Positions 55,281 to 64,000 of a stretch of DNA of 64,000 bases are shown here, piece by piece. This stretch comes from Gemmatimonadota bacterium. Lineage in GTDB: Bacteria; Gemmatimonadota; Gemmatimonadetes; Longimicrobiales; Gaopeijiaceae. Position 1 is the stretch's first letter; the number at the start of each line of letters is the position of its first letter. The stretch spans positions 18,279 to 82,278 of the forward strand of contig JAHEKM010000001.1 of the NCBI GenBank assembly GCA_024638325.1, read 5' to 3'. Below the pieces are notes generated by a model that made no database searches, was not told the origin of the DNA, and saw only the letters and a list, made by a program, of their open reading frames with translations. A program made the translations under genes and the position numbers.

Positions 55281-57889
55281 GGCCGTTCATCCGCTTCCTG
55301 CTTCTCGCCACCCTCGTCGCGGCTCCGGTTGCGGCGCAGGTCCCAGGCAGTGCCGCGACGACTGCGCTGCGGTCGGGAGACTACGAGGGGGCGATCGAGC
55401 AGTTCCGTGACGTCCTGGCCGATGAGCCGGGCGCCGTGCAGATGCGGGTCAACCTCATGGAGGCCCTGGTCGCGACCGGCCAGTACACCGAGGCCGTCGA
55501 GGTCGGACGCGCGGCCCCCGATCCCGGAGCTGTCGCGAACTTCACGGGTGAAGCACTGCTCCGGGTGGGCCGTGTCGAAGAAGCGGAGGCAGCCTTCGAG
55601 GAAGCGATCCGCCGGGGCGGGCCGTTCAGCCTGACCGCCGAGGTCAACCTCGCCCAGCTCCTCTTCGACCGGGGAGACATCGACGAGGCGATGCGGCGCT
55701 TCGACCGATTCATCGACGTGTACAACGGCGCGAACGGGCGACTCAGTGCCCGCGACCTCGTCGCCGTGGGTCGGGCCGTGCGCCGCCTGGGCCGCACCAA
55801 CTCGCGCATGTTCCAGGACGCGCTCCGCGCCTTCGACGAGGCGCTCTCGATCGACCCCGGCTGGCAAGATGCGCGGGTCCTGGTGGGCGATCTCTTCCTC
55901 GAGAAGTACGACAGCCCGTCCGCCCAGGACGAGTACACGACCGTGCTCCAGTCCAACCCGAACCACCCCGGCGCGCTGTTGGGGATGGCCAAGGCCGCGT
56001 GGTTCGACGGAACCGCGGGTGAGGGTGACGCCATCCGGCGGGTCTTGGAGGTCGATACCAACAACGTCGAGGCCCGCACACTACTGGCGCGCCTGAACAT
56101 GACGCGGGAGGGGTTCGACGCCGCCCGCGAAGAGCTCGACCTCGCGTTGGCGGTCAATCCGCGCTCGCTCGGCGCCCTGACGCAGCTGGCCGGCATCCAC
56201 ATGCTCCTCGACGACGAGCGAGCGTTCGAGGAGACCCGTGCCCGCGTGCTCGCGATCAACCCACGCTATGCCGAGATGGAGGCGGAGCTGGCGGACCTCG
56301 CCGTGCGCGTGCGCCGCTATCACGATGCGGTCGCTCGCGCACAGGACGGAGTCGAGCTCGACCCCGAGCACTGGGAGGCGTGGGGCCTGCTGGGCATGAA
56401 CCAGCTTCGCGTGGGCGACATCGAGGAGGGCCGCGCCAACCTCGAGCGTGCCTTCGAGGGTGACCCCTACAACCCCTGGTTCAAGAACAGCCTCGATCTG
56501 CTCGACACCTTCGAGCGCTACACGACCCGCACCTCGGAGCACTTCGAGCTCTTCGTCCGTGAGGACGAGGCCGACCTGCTCGCCACGTATCTGCTCCCGA
56601 TCGCCGAGGAGGCGTTCGACAGCCTCTCCCGTCACTACGGTGTCGAGCCGGAGCTGCCCGTGCGGGCCGAGTTCTTTCCGAGTCACGCCGACTTCTCGGT
56701 CCGCACGCTGGGCGAGGCCGGGCTGGGGGCTCTCGGGGTGAGCTTCGGACGCGTGCTGGTCATGGACTCCCCCACGGCTCGCCAACTCGGCGAGTACAAC
56801 TGGGCTTCTGTGTTCTGGCACGAGTTGGCGCACACCTTCCACCTCGCGCTGAGCGCCGACCGGGTGCCACGCTGGTTCTCGGAGGGCCTGGCGGTGCACG
56901 AGCAGCGCAAGGCCCGTCAGGGATGGGGGCACCAGCCGACGATCCCCTGGATCCAGGCCCTGGCCCAGGGGCGACTCAAGCCGGCCAGCGAGATGGACGA
57001 CGGGCTGATGCGGCCCGACTACCCTCAGCAAATCGTCTTCACGTACCTGCAGGCGTCCCTGGTCTTCCAGGTCATCGAGGAGCGCTGGGGATTCGACGCC
57101 ATCGTCGACATGATCCACGGATACCGGGACGGCGGCAGCACCGAGTCGATCTTCAGGGACGTCCTGGGCGTCGAGTTGGAGGATTTCGACGAGGAGTTCG
57201 ATCAATACCTGCGCGAGCGCTTCCAGAGGCCGATCCAGGCGCTCGTCGAGATCGGCGAGATGCCGGGTCCCATGGCCGACCTGCGGGCTCTGCAGGACTA
57301 TGTGCGCAGCCACCCCGGCAGCCTCGTCGGGCGCCTACGCCTGGGCGCGATGCTCATGCGGGAAGAACAACTCGACGAAGCCGAGGAGCAGTTCGAAGAG
57401 GCGCTGCGGATGTTCCCCGAGTACGGGGAGGCGGACAGCCCGTACTGGTTCCTGGCGCAGATTCATCAGGAGCGCGGCGAGCTCCAACGAGCCGCTGCGG
57501 CGCTCCGGCGCCTCAATGAGCTTTCGGAGTCGAACTACCGTGCCCTCGTGACCGAAGCCGACCTCCTCGAGGAGCTCGGGCGACCCGCCGAGGCCGCCGC
57601 GGCGCTCAACAAGGCGGTGCTCGTCTGGCCCTACGAGATGGAGCTTCATCGCAGACTCGCGGACTTGAACGCCACCATCGGCGACCACGAGGGTGCCGTC
57701 CGCGAGCGACAGGCCGTGCTCGCGCTCGCACCCGCCGACCGTGCCGAGGCGTACTACCGCCTGGCCGTCGCACAGCGAGACGCGGGCGATCCGGTAGCCG
57801 GTCGCCGCTCGGTGCTGCGCGCACTCGAAGTGGCCCCCAACTACGCCGAGGCACTGGAATTGCTTCTCGACTTGAGGAGCGCACGGTGA
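55277..57889 (+). CDS. TPR-repeat protein with an embedded HExxH zinc-metallopeptidase domain (Peptidase_MA_2-like)
   Basis: GTGA overlap and a signal peptide, with TPRs on both sides of the catalytic region. The central segment is VFWHELAHTFH-x12-WFSEGLAVHE. Confidence 0.7.
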   Translation: MRPFIRFLLLATLVAAPVAAQVPGSAATTALRSGDYEGAIEQFRDVLADEPGAVQMRVNLMEALVATGQYTEAVEVGRAAPDPGAVANFTGEALLRVGRVEEAEAAFEEAIRRGGPFSLTAEVNLAQLLFDRGDIDEAMRRFDRFIDVYNGANGRLSARDLVAVGRAVRRLGRTNSRMFQDALRAFDEALSIDPGWQDARVLVGDLFLEKYDSPSAQDEYTTVLQSNPNHPGALLGMAKAAWFDGTAGEGDAIRRVLEVDTNNVEARTLLARLNMTREGFDAAREELDLALAVNPRSLGALTQLAGIHMLLDDERAFEETRARVLAINPRYAEMEAELADLAVRVRRYHDAVARAQDGVELDPEHWEAWGLLGMNQLRVGDIEEGRANLERAFEGDPYNPWFKNSLDLLDTFERYTTRTSEHFELFVREDEADLLATYLLPIAEEAFDSLSRHYGVEPELPVRAEFFPSHADFSVRTLGEAGLGALGVSFGRVLVMDSPTARQLGEYNWASVFWHELAHTFHLALSADRVPRWFSEGLAVHEQRKARQGWGHQPTIPWIQALAQGRLKPASEMDDGLMRPDYPQQIVFTYLQASLVFQVIEERWGFDAIVDMIHGYRDGGSTESIFRDVLGVELEDFDEEFDQYLRERFQRPIQALVEIGEMPGPMADLRALQDYVRSHPGSLVGRLRLGAMLMREEQLDEAEEQFEEALRMFPEYGEADSPYWFLAQIHQERGELQRAAAALRRLNELSESNYRALVTEADLLEELGRPAEAAAALNKAVLVWPYEMELHRRLADLNATIGDHEGAVRERQAVLALAPADRAEAYYRLAVAQRDAGDPVAGRRSVLRALEVAPNYAEALELLLDLRSAR

Positions 57890-58004
57890 CGCCTCGGCTA
57901 ACGAACCGGCCGGCCGCCACCTCTGTCGTGTACGGCTGCATCGATTAGAATGGCTGCCCCCTCGGCGGCCAGCAGGACATCAATAATGAGAAACGGAGAC
58001 GACC

Positions 58005-59045
58005 TTGTCTGACGAAGCGATCGGCACGATAGCCCTGGACAACGCAGACGATGTCGCGCTCGCCGACCGACTCAAGAACGGTCGCGAGCAGATCATTGCG
58101 GAGCTGCGCAAGCTCATCATCGGTCAGGAAGAGGTGATCGAGCAGGTGCTGCTCACGCTCTTCGTGGGCGGCAACAGCCTTCTCATGGGTGTGCCGGGAC
58201 TGGCCAAGACGCTGCTGATTCACACCGTGGCTCAGGTCCTGGACCTCAAGTTCTCGCGCATCCAGTTCACGCCCGACCTGATGCCCTCCGACATCACGGG
58301 CACCGACATCATCCAGGAGGATGCGAGCACCGGACAGCGCCAGATGGTGTTCGCGCCCGGCCCCGTCTTCGCGAACATCGTCCTGGCCGACGAGATCAAC
58401 CGCACGCCGCCGAAGACACAGGCCGCGCTTCTCGAGGCGATGCAGGAGCACCGCGTGACCGTACAGGGCCGCACGTACGAACTCGAGGAGCCGTTCTACG
58501 TCTTCGCTACGCAGAACCCCATCGAGCTCGAAGGCACGTATCCGCTGCCCGAGGCCCAGCTCGACCGGTTCATGTTCGAGATCCAGATCAACCACCTCAA
58601 CGAGGAGGAGGAGCTCGAGGTCATCCGCACCACGACCGGCATTCTCGACCCGCAGTTCAGCCACGCCGTCACCGGGCCGGACCTGCTCGCGTTCCAGCAA
58701 CTCGTCCGCCGCGTCCCCGTGTCGGAATCGGTGCTCCGCTACGCGGTGAGCCTGGTACGTATGAGCCGCCCCGGACCCAATGGGGACACGCCCGACTTCG
58801 TGAGGAAGTGGATCGCTTACGGCGCCTCGCCGCGCGCGGCCCAGTACCTCGTGCTCGGCGCGAAGGCGCGGGCGCTGACCAAGGGTCGGTACCACGTGAG
58901 CTTCGAGGACATCAGTGCGCTGGCGCATCCGGTGCTTCGGCATCGCGTGCTGACGAACTTCCACGCCGAGTCCGAGGGCAAGAGCTCTTCGGAGATGGTG
59001 GACCTGCTCTTGGACGCCGTGCGCGTCCCGTCTTCCGGGATGTAG
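58005..59045 (+). CDS. MoxR-family AAA+ ATPase
   Basis: GVPGLAKT (Walker A), VLADEINRTPPKTQAALLEAMQE (Walker B / AAA_3) and FATQNPIE. TTG start with GGAGA 8 nt upstream. Confidence 0.93.
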   Translation: MSDEAIGTIALDNADDVALADRLKNGREQIIAELRKLIIGQEEVIEQVLLTLFVGGNSLLMGVPGLAKTLLIHTVAQVLDLKFSRIQFTPDLMPSDITGTDIIQEDASTGQRQMVFAPGPVFANIVLADEINRTPPKTQAALLEAMQEHRVTVQGRTYELEEPFYVFATQNPIELEGTYPLPEAQLDRFMFEIQINHLNEEEELEVIRTTTGILDPQFSHAVTGPDLLAFQQLVRRVPVSESVLRYAVSLVRMSRPGPNGDTPDFVRKWIAYGASPRAAQYLVLGAKARALTKGRYHVSFEDISALAHPVLRHRVLTNFHAESEGKSSSEMVDLLLDAVRVPSSGM

Positions 59046-59057
59046 GGACGGTACGCG

Positions 59058-59978
59058 GTGGCCTCGACCTCAACAGGCTCTTCGGCCTCGGGAGCTCAGT
59101 TCCTAGACCCCGCGGTCCTGGGACGGATCGGCAACCTGCAGTTGTTGGCCAAGACCGTGGTCGACGGCTTTCTGACGGGTCTGCACCGCTCGCCCCATCT
59201 GGGCTTCAGCATCGACTTCGCGGAGCATCGCCCGTACATGCCGGGCGACGACATCCGCCGTATCGACTGGCGCCTCTTCGCCCGTACCGATCGGCACTAC
59301 ATCAAGCTCTTCGAGGCGGACACCAACGCGAACTTCGCGGTCCTTCTCGATGTGTCGGCGTCCATGAACTACGGGAGCCACACGCTCACAAAGCTCGACT
59401 ACGCGCGCTACCTGGCGGCTTGCCTGTCGTTCTTCTCGAACCAGCAGAGGGACAGGGTCGGCCTGGTCACGTTCGATCACGAGATCGTCGAGTACGTGCC
59501 GCCGTCCATGAAGCACTTCGACACCGTGCTCCATCTGCTGGACAAGGCCGAGGCCGGTAGGGCGGGCAATCTGTCGGGCCCGCTCCTTCAGATCACGGAG
59601 CTGCTGAGGCGGACGGGCATTCTCGTCATCATCTCGGACTTCTACGAGGACCCCGACGCCGTCATGGAAGCCCTTGGCCCGCTGCGCGCCCGGGGACACG
59701 ACGTCATCGTCTTCCACGTGATGGATCCACACGAGCTCGAGTTTCCCTTCGAGGAAGCCTCGGGCTTCGAGGACCTCGAGACGCACGAGCAGATCCCCGT
59801 TATCCCGACGAAGCTGCGTGAGGAGTATCGGCGCGTCGTGGCCCACCACCTGGACGAGCTACAGCGTCGCATGACAGGGAGCCGTATGGACTACACGCTG
59901 CTCGATACGTCCAAACCCCTCGACATGGCGCTCTTCCAATACCTGCTGGCCCGTGAGCGGATGATGAAGACCAGATGA
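59058..59978 (+). CDS. DUF58-domain protein (vWA-like, MoxR partner)
   Basis: FAEHRPYMPGDDIRRIDWRLFARTDRHYIKLFE plus LLDVSASM. Confidence 0.9.
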   Translation: MASTSTGSSASGAQFLDPAVLGRIGNLQLLAKTVVDGFLTGLHRSPHLGFSIDFAEHRPYMPGDDIRRIDWRLFARTDRHYIKLFEADTNANFAVLLDVSASMNYGSHTLTKLDYARYLAACLSFFSNQQRDRVGLVTFDHEIVEYVPPSMKHFDTVLHLLDKAEAGRAGNLSGPLLQITELLRRTGILVIISDFYEDPDAVMEALGPLRARGHDVIVFHVMDPHELEFPFEEASGFEDLETHEQIPVIPTKLREEYRRVVAHHLDELQRRMTGSRMDYTLLDTSKPLDMALFQYLLARERMMKTR

Positions 59979-62107
59979 GTCTAGCCTTCCTCGTTCCGCT
60001 GTTCCTGCTCGGCATCGCGGGCATCGTGGTGCCCGTCGTCGTGCATCTCACGCGGCGTCAGCGGAAGAACGTGGTCCATTTCCCGTCGCTCATGTTCTTG
60101 GAGAAGATTCCATATCAGGAGCAGCGACGGCGGCGCATTCAGCACTGGTTCCTGCTCAGCCTACGCGCGCTGGCGCTCGCGCTACTCGCCCTCGCGTTCG
60201 CACGACCGTTCATGGACGATGCCGAGCTGGGACTCGGCGCCACGGGCGGCCCCCGCGAGGTGGTGGTCCTCGTGGACCAGTCGTACAGCATGGAAATCGG
60301 CGACCACCTCGAGCAGGCGCGAGAGAGAGCGCAGGACGTCTTCGACGGCCTCGGTCCGCTGGATCGCGCGTCGGTCGTGGCCTTCTCGCAGGGCGCTACG
60401 GTCCTCGCCCGCTCCACCTCCGACCGCGCTCGCCTGCGCGGCGCGCTCGACACCCTCCAACTCAGCTCCGGCGCCACCCGGTTCGGACCTGCCCTGAAGG
60501 TCGCGCAGACGATCCTCGAGGAGTCGAACCTCGCCAGGGGCGAGGTCTACATGCTGAGTGACTTCCAGCGCGTTGGTTGGATCGGCGACGAAGGGGTCCG
60601 CTTCCCTGCCGGCGCCGACTTCATCCCCCTTCCCCTGGGTGAAGCAGCCAGCGTGGAAGAGAACTACCTGGTCACGGACGTATCGCTGCCGCGCCAATCC
60701 GTCTCCGGGCGAGAGCGCATCACGCCGACCGCCCGCGTCGTGAGACGTGGCGGGAGCGAGCCGGAGACCGTTGCCGTGACGCTGCTGGTGGACGGACAGG
60801 TGCTCCAGCAGCAGGACGTCCTGCTGGCGCCGGACGCCGCCGCGTCGGTCCAATTCCCGCCGCTCACGCTCTCACGCCCGCATACGCGTGCGACCGTTCA
60901 GTTGCCGGAAGACGCGCTCAGCGCCGACAACGCCCACCACTTCGTGGTCTCTCCAGGGGCGGCGCTCGGTGTGCTCATCGTGGAGGGCGCCAGCGCGAAC
61001 AGCAACGAGAGCCTGTTCCTGCGCCGCGCGCTGGAGATCAGCGACGACGGCCGCTTCCGCGTCACCGTCCGGCGAGCCAGCTCCATCCGGCCGGTCGACC
61101 TCGAGGGGGTCGACGCGGTCTTTCTCAACGACGTGATCATCGACGGCGGTTCGGCTGAGCGGCTGCGGGCGTTCGTCGGTGAGGGTGGTGGAGTGCTCGT
61201 GGCCCTCGGCGAGGAAGGCGGTTGGCCGGCGTCCGCGGGGGACATGCTCCCAGGCACGATCGGCCCCGTCCAGGACCGTCTACAGGGTCGAGGCGGCCGG
61301 CTGGGCTTCTTGCAGTACTCCCACCCGATCTTCGAGGTGTTCGCCGGACCGCGGAGCGGGGACTTCACCGGTGCGCGCTTCTTCCGCGCACGCGCCTTCC
61401 AGGCGACCGACAGTGCCGAGGTCCTGGCCCGCTTCGACGACGGCTCCGTCGCCATGGCCGAGCACACCACCGGAAGGGGCAAGGTCATCGTCTGGGCGAA
61501 TACGCTGGATGACTTCTGGAACGACCTGACGCGTCAGCCGATCTACCTGCCGTTCATGCACCGCGTGACGGAGTACCTGGGTGGGCGGGCGGAGGCGGTG
61601 CCCTGGTTCACCATCGGCCAGGTCGTCGACCTGGCGAACCCGGAGGCTCTCCTGACGGCCGGACTCGTCTCATCCGAGGCCGCCGGCCTCGCCGAAGGAC
61701 TGGATCAAGTCGCCCTCACCCCCTCCGGTCAGACGGTACCGCTGCCGGCGGGCGAGGGGCCACGCTATCTACCACTGGAAGAGCACGGATTCTACACGGT
61801 TCGCCCCCCGGGCACCGAGCCCGAGCGGCCCTTCGTGATGGCCGTGAACGTGGATCTCGAAGAGTCCAACCTCGCTCGCATCGACGCCGAGGAACTGGGT
61901 GCACAACTGACCGCCCCACCGGGCTCCGAGGGGCGTGCGCTTAACGTGGACGAGGCCGCTTCGCTCCAGAGGGAGGACCAGGAGAGGCGCCAATCGCTCT
62001 GGCGATGGCTCCTGTTGGCGGCCCTGGCCCTGTTCATGACGGAGACGGCCCTGTCGAATTGGGTGTCCCGCCAGAAGGCGGGAGCACAGCCGGGACTCGC
62101 GGGTTAA
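59975..62107 (+). CDS. BatA-like protein with an aerotolerance-regulator N-terminal domain, vWA and a GATase1-like module
   Basis: ATGA overlap. MSLAFLVPLFLLGIAGIVVPVVVHL is BatA_N, and VVLVDQSYSM is the MIDAS (DxSxS). VDAVFLNDV...GGGVLVALGE follows, with a C-terminal TM at the end. Confidence 0.8.
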   Translation: MSLAFLVPLFLLGIAGIVVPVVVHLTRRQRKNVVHFPSLMFLEKIPYQEQRRRRIQHWFLLSLRALALALLALAFARPFMDDAELGLGATGGPREVVVLVDQSYSMEIGDHLEQARERAQDVFDGLGPLDRASVVAFSQGATVLARSTSDRARLRGALDTLQLSSGATRFGPALKVAQTILEESNLARGEVYMLSDFQRVGWIGDEGVRFPAGADFIPLPLGEAASVEENYLVTDVSLPRQSVSGRERITPTARVVRRGGSEPETVAVTLLVDGQVLQQQDVLLAPDAAASVQFPPLTLSRPHTRATVQLPEDALSADNAHHFVVSPGAALGVLIVEGASANSNESLFLRRALEISDDGRFRVTVRRASSIRPVDLEGVDAVFLNDVIIDGGSAERLRAFVGEGGGVLVALGEEGGWPASAGDMLPGTIGPVQDRLQGRGGRLGFLQYSHPIFEVFAGPRSGDFTGARFFRARAFQATDSAEVLARFDDGSVAMAEHTTGRGKVIVWANTLDDFWNDLTRQPIYLPFMHRVTEYLGGRAEAVPWFTIGQVVDLANPEALLTAGLVSSEAAGLAEGLDQVALTPSGQTVPLPAGEGPRYLPLEEHGFYTVRPPGTEPERPFVMAVNVDLEESNLARIDAEELGAQLTAPPGSEGRALNVDEAASLQREDQERRQSLWRWLLLAALALFMTETALSNWVSRQKAGAQPGLAG

Positions 62108-62198
62108 GCAGTAGGGCGGGGGCTCCGCGAGGGCATGGCGTGCACTCGCTCGGCCATCGTACGTTGGAGGCGGTGCGCACAACGGGAGGCGGAAGGAC

Positions 62199-64000
62199 AT
62201 GAAGGAGCTGAGGGAGTCCGACAGGCGGTTGGCTCGTAACCGCATCTCCGGTGTCGTGCGCAGCGTGCGCTGGAGATGGCGCACACGCCTGGTCCTCCGT
62301 GGTCTCGCTTGGGTCGGCGGCCTTACCGCAGCAGTCCTGTTCCTCTCCGCGCTCGGACTCGAGCGCGCTCGCTTCGCCTCCGAATGGGTGGTCGCGTATC
62401 GATTCCTGACCTGGGGCACCTTCCTCGTTTCGACGTATCTGTTCATCGTGCGCCCGTTGCTGAGGCGCGTCTCGGACAATCAAGTCGCCCTCTACCTGGA
62501 GGAGCACGAGCCGTCCCTCGAGCAGGCAGTCGTGAGCGCGCTGGACTCAGGCGTCGCAGCTTCCCCGGACCTCGAGTACCGGGTGGTCGAGGTCGCGCTG
62601 GAGCGAGCCAAGAAGGTCGAGTACGGCCGCAGGGTCGAGCAGACCAACCTGTACAGGTTCGCCGGGGCGCTCACGGCCGTGGTCCTGATGGCCCTCGGCA
62701 TGTCCCTCTTCGGGCCTCAGCACCTCAGACACGGGCTGGCGGCGCTCCTCATGCCGACCGTCGACGCGGCGGACGTGAATCCCTACGCCATCGCGGTCGC
62801 GCCCGGCGACGTCACGATTCCCCGGAACTCCGATCAGACCATCACCGCCGCGCTCACCGGCTTCGACGCCTCCGACGTCTCGATCTTCACACGGGGTGAG
62901 TCGGAGCAGACGTTCCGACGGCTCTCCATGCTGCCGGGCATCGAAAGCGGCTTCGAGGTCATGCTCGTCGCCATCGCGGAGCCCACCGAGTACTTCGTGT
63001 CGTCGACGGGCATCCGGACGCCCACGTACACGATCGATGTGGCCGACCTACCGTACGTCGACCGCCTCGACCTCACGTACTACTACCCGAGCTACACCGG
63101 TCTGCCGGCTCGCGTCGTCGAGGACGGCGGAGACGTGGCCGCGCTACCCGGTACGGTCGTCGAGGTCCGCATCACGCCGACCATGGACGCGCCGTCGGGC
63201 CAACTCGTTCTCGACAGTCAGGCCGCCGGTGAACTGACCCGTCAGGACGACGGCACGTTCACGGCCCGCTTTACGGTGGGCGACAATCTCTTCTACTCCA
63301 TCGAGCTCGCCCGGGCCAACGGGGCCCTCGTGCCTGCGTCGCCGGAATACACGATCGATGTGCTGCGCGACCGAGATCCGTCGATCCAGTTCCTCCGGCC
63401 AGGGCGCGACGAGACGGCCTCGCCGCTCGAGGAGGTCTACCTCGAGATGAACGCCGCCGACGACTACGGCGTTCGAGACGTCCGCCTGGTCTACTCGGTG
63501 AACGCGGGCCCCGAGGACACGATCACCGTGTTCGAGACGAACGGACCGCCGATCGCCGAGGTCTCGCCGGGCCACACGTTGTTCCTGGAGGAGTGGGAGT
63601 TGGAGTCGGGCGACCTGGTCTCGTACTACGCGATCGCGCGCGACAACCGAACCGGCGCGGAGAGCCGGCCCATCACCAGCGACATCTACTTCCTGAGCAT
63701 CCGTCCGTTCGAGCGCGCCTACCGGCAGTCCGAGCAGGGTGGCGGTGGCGGCGGTGGTGGCGGCGGCCAGCAGCAGGACACGCCGCTCTCGGACCTCCAG
63801 CGACAGGTGATCGCAGCGACGTTCAACCTGATCCGCCAGGAGGATACGTACTCGCCCAGCGAGTTCAGTGAGGTGGTGAACACCGTGGCGCTCTCACAGG
63901 GTCGCCTGATCGGACAGGTGGGCACGCTCCTCCAGAGGATGCAGAACCGCGGGCTCACCCAGTCCGACCCGGGGTTCCGTGACGTCTCGGCCGTCCTGCC
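62199..64000 (+). CDS. large membrane protein (DUF4175-like), 5' part only, running off the window end
   Basis: Not in the ORF track because no stop occurs before 64000. The ATG at 62199 is preceded by GGGAGGCGGAAGGA. My hand translation starts MKELRESDRRLARNR.. and has 2-3 TMs, then more than 450 aa of GC3-biased frame including a G10-Q3 tract at 63738-63776. Confidence 0.7.
   Translation, partial: MKELRESDRRLARNRISGVVRSVRWRWRTRLVLRGLAWVGGLTAAVLFLSALGLERARFASEWVVAYRFLTWGTFLVSTYLFIVRPLLRRVSDNQVALYLEEHEPSLEQAVVSALDSGVAASPDLEYRVVEVALERAKKVEYGRRVEQTNLYRFAGALTAVVLMALGMSLFGPQHLRHGLAALLMPTVDAADVNPYAIAVAPGDVTIPRNSDQTITAALTGFDASDVSIFTRGESEQTFRRLSMLPGIESGFEVMLVAIAEPTEYFVSSTGIRTPTYTIDVADLPYVDRLDLTYYYPSYTGLPARVVEDGGDVAALPGTVVEVRITPTMDAPSGQLVLDSQAAGELTRQDDGTFTARFTVGDNLFYSIELARANGALVPASPEYTIDVLRDRDPSIQFLRPGRDETASPLEEVYLEMNAADDYGVRDVRLVYSVNAGPEDTITVFETNGPPIAEVSPGHTLFLEEWELESGDLVSYYAIARDNRTGAESRPITSDIYFLSIRPFERAYRQSEQGGGGGGGGGGQQQDTPLSDLQRQVIAATFNLIRQEDTYSPSEFSEVVNTVALSQGRLIGQVGTLLQRMQNRGLTQSDPGFRDVSAVL

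Noticed and set aside
1-64000. I looked for CRISPR repeats, IS elements, transposases, integrases, phage genes, toxin-antitoxin pairs and known defence-system signatures.
   Set aside because: None was recognisable. There are no regularly spaced direct repeats, no DDE, tyrosine or serine recombinase motifs, and no compositional island. GC and codon bias look uniform apart from short promoter-like dips.

Overview
High-GC (about 68-70%) bacterial chromosomal window, densely coding on both strands. I saw no rRNA, tRNA, CRISPR array, transposase, integrase or phage genes. Gene content (CarboxypepD_reg-type TonB receptor plus DUF4249, DUF5777 barrel, MoxR/DUF58/BatA genes, LigD/Ku, PQQ dehydrogenase) suggests a Gemmatimonadota-like organism, but that is inference only. 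About 60 genes are supported. They include typA, a Wzz-like protein, a deoxyhypusine-synthase-like gene, enoyl-CoA hydratase, an ABC-class ATPase, apaG, an orphan pilin pair and a DtxR-family regulator. Next come a TonB receptor with DUF4249, an NHEJ locus (ligD, ku) with an embedded voltage-gated K+ channel, a POT peptide transporter and a fused membrane/spermidine-synthase protein. Further on are a cupredoxin with a DUF5777 barrel, ALDH, a PQQ dehydrogenase, a degenerate GGDEF protein, two DEAD-box-type proteins (one apparently catalytically dead), HU and cyclophilin. The window ends with an 8-gene translationally coupled operon and a 13-kb MoxR/DUF58/vWA (Bat-like) supercluster that runs off the right edge. 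Many ORF-track entries are high-GC shadow ORFs or N-terminally over-extended, so I trimmed starts where motifs, signal peptides or 4-nt start/stop overlaps supported it. Most worth follow-up are the extended MoxR-vWA cluster with protease-like accessory genes, the Kv channel-ku-MerR/TPR arrangement, the dead DEAD-box paralog, and a 440-bp non-coding stretch carrying an orphan intrinsic terminator. All family names come from motif recognition by eye; no database search was run.
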